Both the position numbers and the translations under genes were made by a program. DNA of 64,000 bases from positions 165,452 to 229,451 of the forward strand of contig NW_005201792.1 of assembly GCF_000372725.1 (NCBI RefSeq). Reading direction: 5' to 3'. Within the stretch, counting starts at the first letter, position 1, and each line of letters starts with the position of its first letter. Source of the DNA: Emiliania huxleyi CCMP1516 (Eukaryota). The notes under the pieces are model-generated. The model was not told the origin of the DNA. It made no database searches and was given only the letters and a program-made list of their open reading frames with translations. Below, one piece after another: positions 59,837-64,000 of the stretch.

Positions 59837-60518
59837 CCGGTTCTCAGGGCGCCTCTCGCCCGACCCGCCCCGAGCCACTCGCCGGTGGACCGTGTGGCCT
59901 AGGGTCCCTAGCGCGGCACGGTAATTTCTCGCAGTTGCGAGACAAGTTTTCTCGGAGCGACAGCCTCAAAGACAAAAGGGTGGATGGGTGGGGGACGATT
60001 GCGGGCGAGCGCCAGCGCGCCCCAGGAACGGTGGGGTGCCCTCGACCGCGCGTCCGAGTCACTTGGGCGGACGAGCGAGCGGCACATGGCCCGACAAAGA
60101 GAAATCGGAGTCTGAGCACCGGAAGGTCGATTCCGTATTGGGACGTGTCTGTCCTCGACCCAGCCCTAGCTTGGGATGTCCGTTGTATTTATTTATTTAT
60201 TTATCATGGTATTGTACGGGACCCCTCGATCGTCTCGCCCTCCCTCTCTGGTGTGTTCATTGGGGGGGGGGTGTCTTTTTTTGCAGTACTGTAGGAATCC
60301 TAGCGAAGGCGGTGCAGTGGCGGAGGAGCAGGCAGGGAGAGAGAGATGCTCGGGAAGCGTTCGTTCGTTGGAGCACGAGGTGGACGAGCAATTGGCGGAG
60401 GAGGAGGACGTGGTGGCAAAAGAGGAGGTGGCGGGAAGGTGGACCTCTTTCTTCCGCCCGCTAGGCCGCTAGTGGCGCCGGCGCATCTCGGACGGACGGA
60501 TCGTGGTTGTAGGCATGT

Positions 60519-61433
60519 CTCTGGGCCGGCGCGGGGGCCCCAGAGGGTGTCCATGCGGGGGGGAGATGGGGTCCCATGGCCCGCCGCAGGCGCCGATTTT
60601 TTGCCGTTTTTTTTCTTTTTTCGCGATTTTTTAGTTGTTTTCTCATGGGAATTCGGCGTACTTGCGGCCATGCTATCACGCCTTGCGACAGCCTGTCGGC
60701 GCAGCTGACCGTGCCATGATGCACAATTGATCACCTGCATAGCTCGCGGCCTTAGTATCAAGCATTCAGTGACGACCTGATCGTACGGCCAGTAGGAAGG
60801 TGTCCTTCCAGCTGCGTGCACGCTTCTGGCGCAATGCGCGTCACAAACTGCCTCGGATTGGCTGCTGGCACTCTCGAGGCTATGCCTACACAGCCTCGCG
60901 CGCATGGGCAGTCAAGAGGGACCATGCACCTTCTCAGGACAGCGCCGGTGCCTCTCTCTTGGACCGGCAAACTTGGTGGTCTCGTGTCACCAATGTGGGA
61001 CCAGTGCGGCATCGCGCCATCGACAGCTCTGAACTGCGCCTCACCACTGACCGGGAAGGCCGCCAAGTGGGCCAGCACAGGTCGCACATTGTGGCAGCAG
61101 TCAGCAGTGCATGGCTGATGGCTAGAGCAGCAGCGTCAGGGTCGCAGGGTCGGATCGTGTCAAGCCTCTCGCCCGGCCGGCCGCGTGCAGATGTCGGCCT
61201 GTCTGCTGTCTGGAGTGATCTGTCGGCGGTCAGTACGACCGATCAGGTCGGAGTTTTCTTATGGTTAGAGGGTCTATCTGTATGTACTCCTCGAGATCTC
61301 TCCAAATCTGCCCTCTACTTAACCGTACTTAATCGGGAAGTCGGTGCTCATAGAGACTCATAGAGCCGGAGCCCCGTTTCCGCACTGCGGCGCGGCGCAC
61401 GGTGCCTCCGGGGGGCCCCGCGCCGGCCCAGAG
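60519..61433. mobile_element. Family A element, compact 915 bp copy (reverse orientation)
   Basis: TIR CTCTGGGCCGGCGCGGGG; perfect 8-bp TSD AGGCATGT. Confidence 0.92.
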
Positions 61434-61867
61434 AGGCATGTAATGTGGGAGGAAGGTGGGTGGGAAGGGGGGGGGGCTCGTTGTCCCGCATGCGCCGTGG
61501 TCTTACGTCGTACCTGGAAGGGAGCGGTTGTTGGGGGGGGGGGGGGGGGGTGCGATGCACAGAGGCGCAGCTGACTGAAGAGGAAGGAGTTGGTGCGCTC
61601 GGCGGCCCGCGTCCGTGCTGCGTGCAGCTTTTGAGAAGTTGTTTTGCAGCTTTTGCGGGCCCGCACGGAGGGGATGGAGGCTGCCGTCCCCGCCACTTGA
61701 GTGTCGCCATGCCGCACAATGTCAATGATGCACAGATCTTGAGAGAGAGAGAGAGAGATTTGTGTTTGTTCAGATCTTGTGCCCCTCGGCCCATGTGCCA
61801 TAGCGGGACCACGTCCACGACCTCGCAAGACGTGGGGCTTCGAGGACCACGGGAGAGGGAGACAGAG

Positions 61868-62528
61868 TGACACAGGGGTGGCAGGGGCGGCGGCAGGAGT
61901 CTCCCACATACTATGCGGGCCTCGCTAGAGGTGCGTCCTGTGTGTGTCCTCGCCCTTGAGGTCTTGAGGGGGTGGAAGGGGAAGGAAGGGGCTGTGTGTC
62001 TGTGCATGCATGCATGCATGTGTGTGTGTGTGTGCGCGCGCGCGCGGGCGCTGTGCGAGCCGCCCGAACGACCACATGGTGAGCACGCCCGAGCACCGAA
62101 GCCCCGCCCGCGAGCGCCGGCGAGCGCATACACCGCGCCCGCGCCCGAAAGAAAGAAAACACAGGGGCAAACGAGGGATAGGGGAGGAGGACAGGGTCCA
62201 CACCTGCACGAGCAGGATTTTGGAAGGACGATCAGGGGGACAGGTGGGCTCTCCTGCTCCTGACAAGGGACACGACAGGCTCGCAGCGCGGTGCACGGTG
62301 GAATCCCAACTCCACTGGCGGTCTCATCTCAGTCTAGCGACCTTCCTCCGGCTTCTCACCGGCAGTCTCTCACTACCACAGGCACACTGACACAGGGGTG
62401 GCGGGGGCGGCGGCATGAGTCTCCCACATACTATGCGGGCCTCACTAGAGGTGCGGCCTGCGCGTGTCCTCGCCCTTGGGAAGGTCTTGAGGGGGGAGGG
62501 GAAGGGGCTGTGTGTCTGTGCATGCATG

Positions 62529-62571
<43 letters not shown>

Positions 62572-62575
62572 GCGA
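61868..62575 (+). repeat. Direct duplication of ~170 bp ending in (TG)n (61868-62035 and 62388-62570)
   Basis: TGACACAGGGGTGGC..GAGTCTCCCACATACTATGCGGGCCTC..GCATGCATG(TG)n occurs twice. Confidence 0.85.
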
Positions 62576-62814
62576 GCCGCCCTGAACGCCACGAGCGCGC
62601 CGCGAGCGCCGTACGTGCCGGAGCCGGTCCGGCGCGCGCGCGGGCGGCCAGCGCCTGTAAACAGACATCTGTTTGCGAGGTGCGGCGGGTGGTGATGGGG
62701 CTGGATCGCTTCTCGAACGGACGTTGTTCGTTCTCTTGCAGAAAATTTTCTTTTTTTGTTCTTCACGGCGTTCACCTTGAATCAGCTGAATACCTGCCGC
62801 TCACGGTGCCCACC

Positions 62815-64000
62815 ATGACCTCGTACCAGTGGACGCCAATACACGCCATCTACAAGGGGTCGGCCGGCAGATTCGCGATGCCGCCTCCGCCGCCGCTCCC
62901 CCGCTTTCCTTGCGGGATCGGGATCGCGCAGTCCGTCTGCTGCAGGGAACTGGCTACCGACGCCGGAAGCCCGGTCTGCTCGACGCTGGAGAGAGCGACG
63001 GAACAGGTCAAGGTGATCTCGTGCAACACGGACTTTGCGACGGGCGGGGTCTTTGAGGTGCGCTGCAGCGGCGCGTCCCCCGCGCCCTGGCAGCTCCTCG
63101 CTCCTCCGACCTCTCCACCCCTTGCGCACACTCTCCGCGCAGGGCTACTGCGACTTCACCTGCGCGCCCTACAACCTCGCGCTTGTGCACTGCGTCTACA
63201 ATCCGCCGCCTGCGCCGCCGCCGCCGCTCCCGCCGCCGCCGCCGCCGTCGCCGCCTCCCGCGGCGCCGCCGGTGCCACCCACGCTGCCGTCGCCGCCGCC
63301 GAGACCGCCGCCGCCGTGGCCACCACCGCTGCTGTGCAGCTCCCTCGCAGGGCGCACAAAGGTCCCCGACCCTGCTCCCCACATCCCCGGCGATTGCGGC
63401 AGCCTCCCCTCCCCTGCCAGCGACTGCGACCAGTACTACGCCGCCGACACCTCCGCGCCGGGCGCCTTCCACTTGTGCCAGCACCCGAGACCCCAGGACA
63501 CGGTGCGGTGCGGAACAAACCCCGGGCTTATCCAGGGCTGCGTCCCACCGCCGTCGCCGCCGCCGTCGCCGCCGTCGCCGCCGTCGCCACCACCGCCGTC
63601 ACCGCCCCCGTCGTCGCCGCCGCCTCCGTCGCCGCCGCTGCCGCCACCGCCGCTGCCGCCACCGTCTCCACCCTCGCCCCTTCCCTCCCCGCCGCCCGTC
63701 TCGCCCCTGCTCACCGAGGCTGCCGGCTGGGGCGCTTGGTACCTGCCCGGCGGGCGCCAGGGACGCTGCCTGGTCAGCTTTGGCCCGGCCGACTCAGGCC
63801 CAGCCAACGGCTCGCCTCCGTCGCCGCCTTTGCGCCCCGAGCCGGTCGCATGGCCGGTCGTCGACCTGCACCACATGGACGCGCTCCACTGCCGCGCCGG
63901 CTGCGCCCGCCGCCCCGCCTGCGTCGCGTACGAGGTGACCCCGGCGAAGGACTCGCCGCTCGCCTCTCACCGCTTCGACTGCCGCCTCTTCCACACGCCT
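62815..64000 (+). CDS. Cys/Pro-rich (SPPP) probable surface protein, runs off the window end
   Basis: Alternating Cys-rich modules (DCGSL..DCDQYY..LC) and PPSPPP tracts; intron at ~63058-63141. Confidence 0.6.
   Translation, partial: MTSYQWTPIHAIYKGSAGRFAMPPPPPLPRFPCGIGIAQSVCCRELATDAGSPVCSTLERATEQVKVISCNTDFATGGVFEVRCSGASPAPWQLLAPPTSPPLAHTLRAGLLRLHLRALQPRACALRLQSAACAAAAAPAAAAAVAASRGAAGATHAAVAAAETAAAVATTAAVQLPRRAHKGPRPCSPHPRRLRQPPLPCQRLRPVLRRRHLRAGRLPLVPAPETPGHGAVRNKPRAYPGLRPTAVAAAVAAVAAVATTAVTAPVVAAASVAAAAATAAAATVSTLAPSLPAARLAPAHRGCRLGRLVPARRAPGTLPGQLWPGRLRPSQRLASVAAFAPRAGRMAGRRPAPHGRAPLPRRLRPPPRLRRVRGDPGEGLAARLSPLRLPPLPHA

Overview
This is a GC-rich eukaryotic genomic window with short, often GC-AG, repeat-laden introns. 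I infer a haptophyte alga such as Emiliania/Gephyrocapsa. About 20 protein genes are supported: NT-C2 protein, plastid-type RpiA, DUF3228, VTT/DedA, ARM repeat, secreted double-C2, TYW1, GH19 chitinase-like, COQ9, WD40, DUF4787, Vtc1-like, ankyrin, 3-hydroxyacid dehydrogenase, 2OG-Fe(II) oxygenase, GT47-like, GT4 and a Pro-rich protein. The genes are interspersed with many non-autonomous inverted-repeat elements. Several have readable target-site duplications (TSDs), and three have an empty-site paralog inside the window. The most striking feature is a compact same-strand 5S rRNA-tRNA(Gly)-tRNA(Val)-oligo(T) cassette with non-canonical but structurally compensated tRNAs. It occurs twice through an inverted ~1.6 kb duplication that also captured the 5' end of the RpiA gene. 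Other notable items are a TG..CA multi-hairpin element with B-box motifs, a transposon family whose two terminal inverted repeats (TIRs) co-vary copy by copy, and introns whose first bases duplicate the start of the next exon. Exon boundaries and family calls were read by eye, without database searches.
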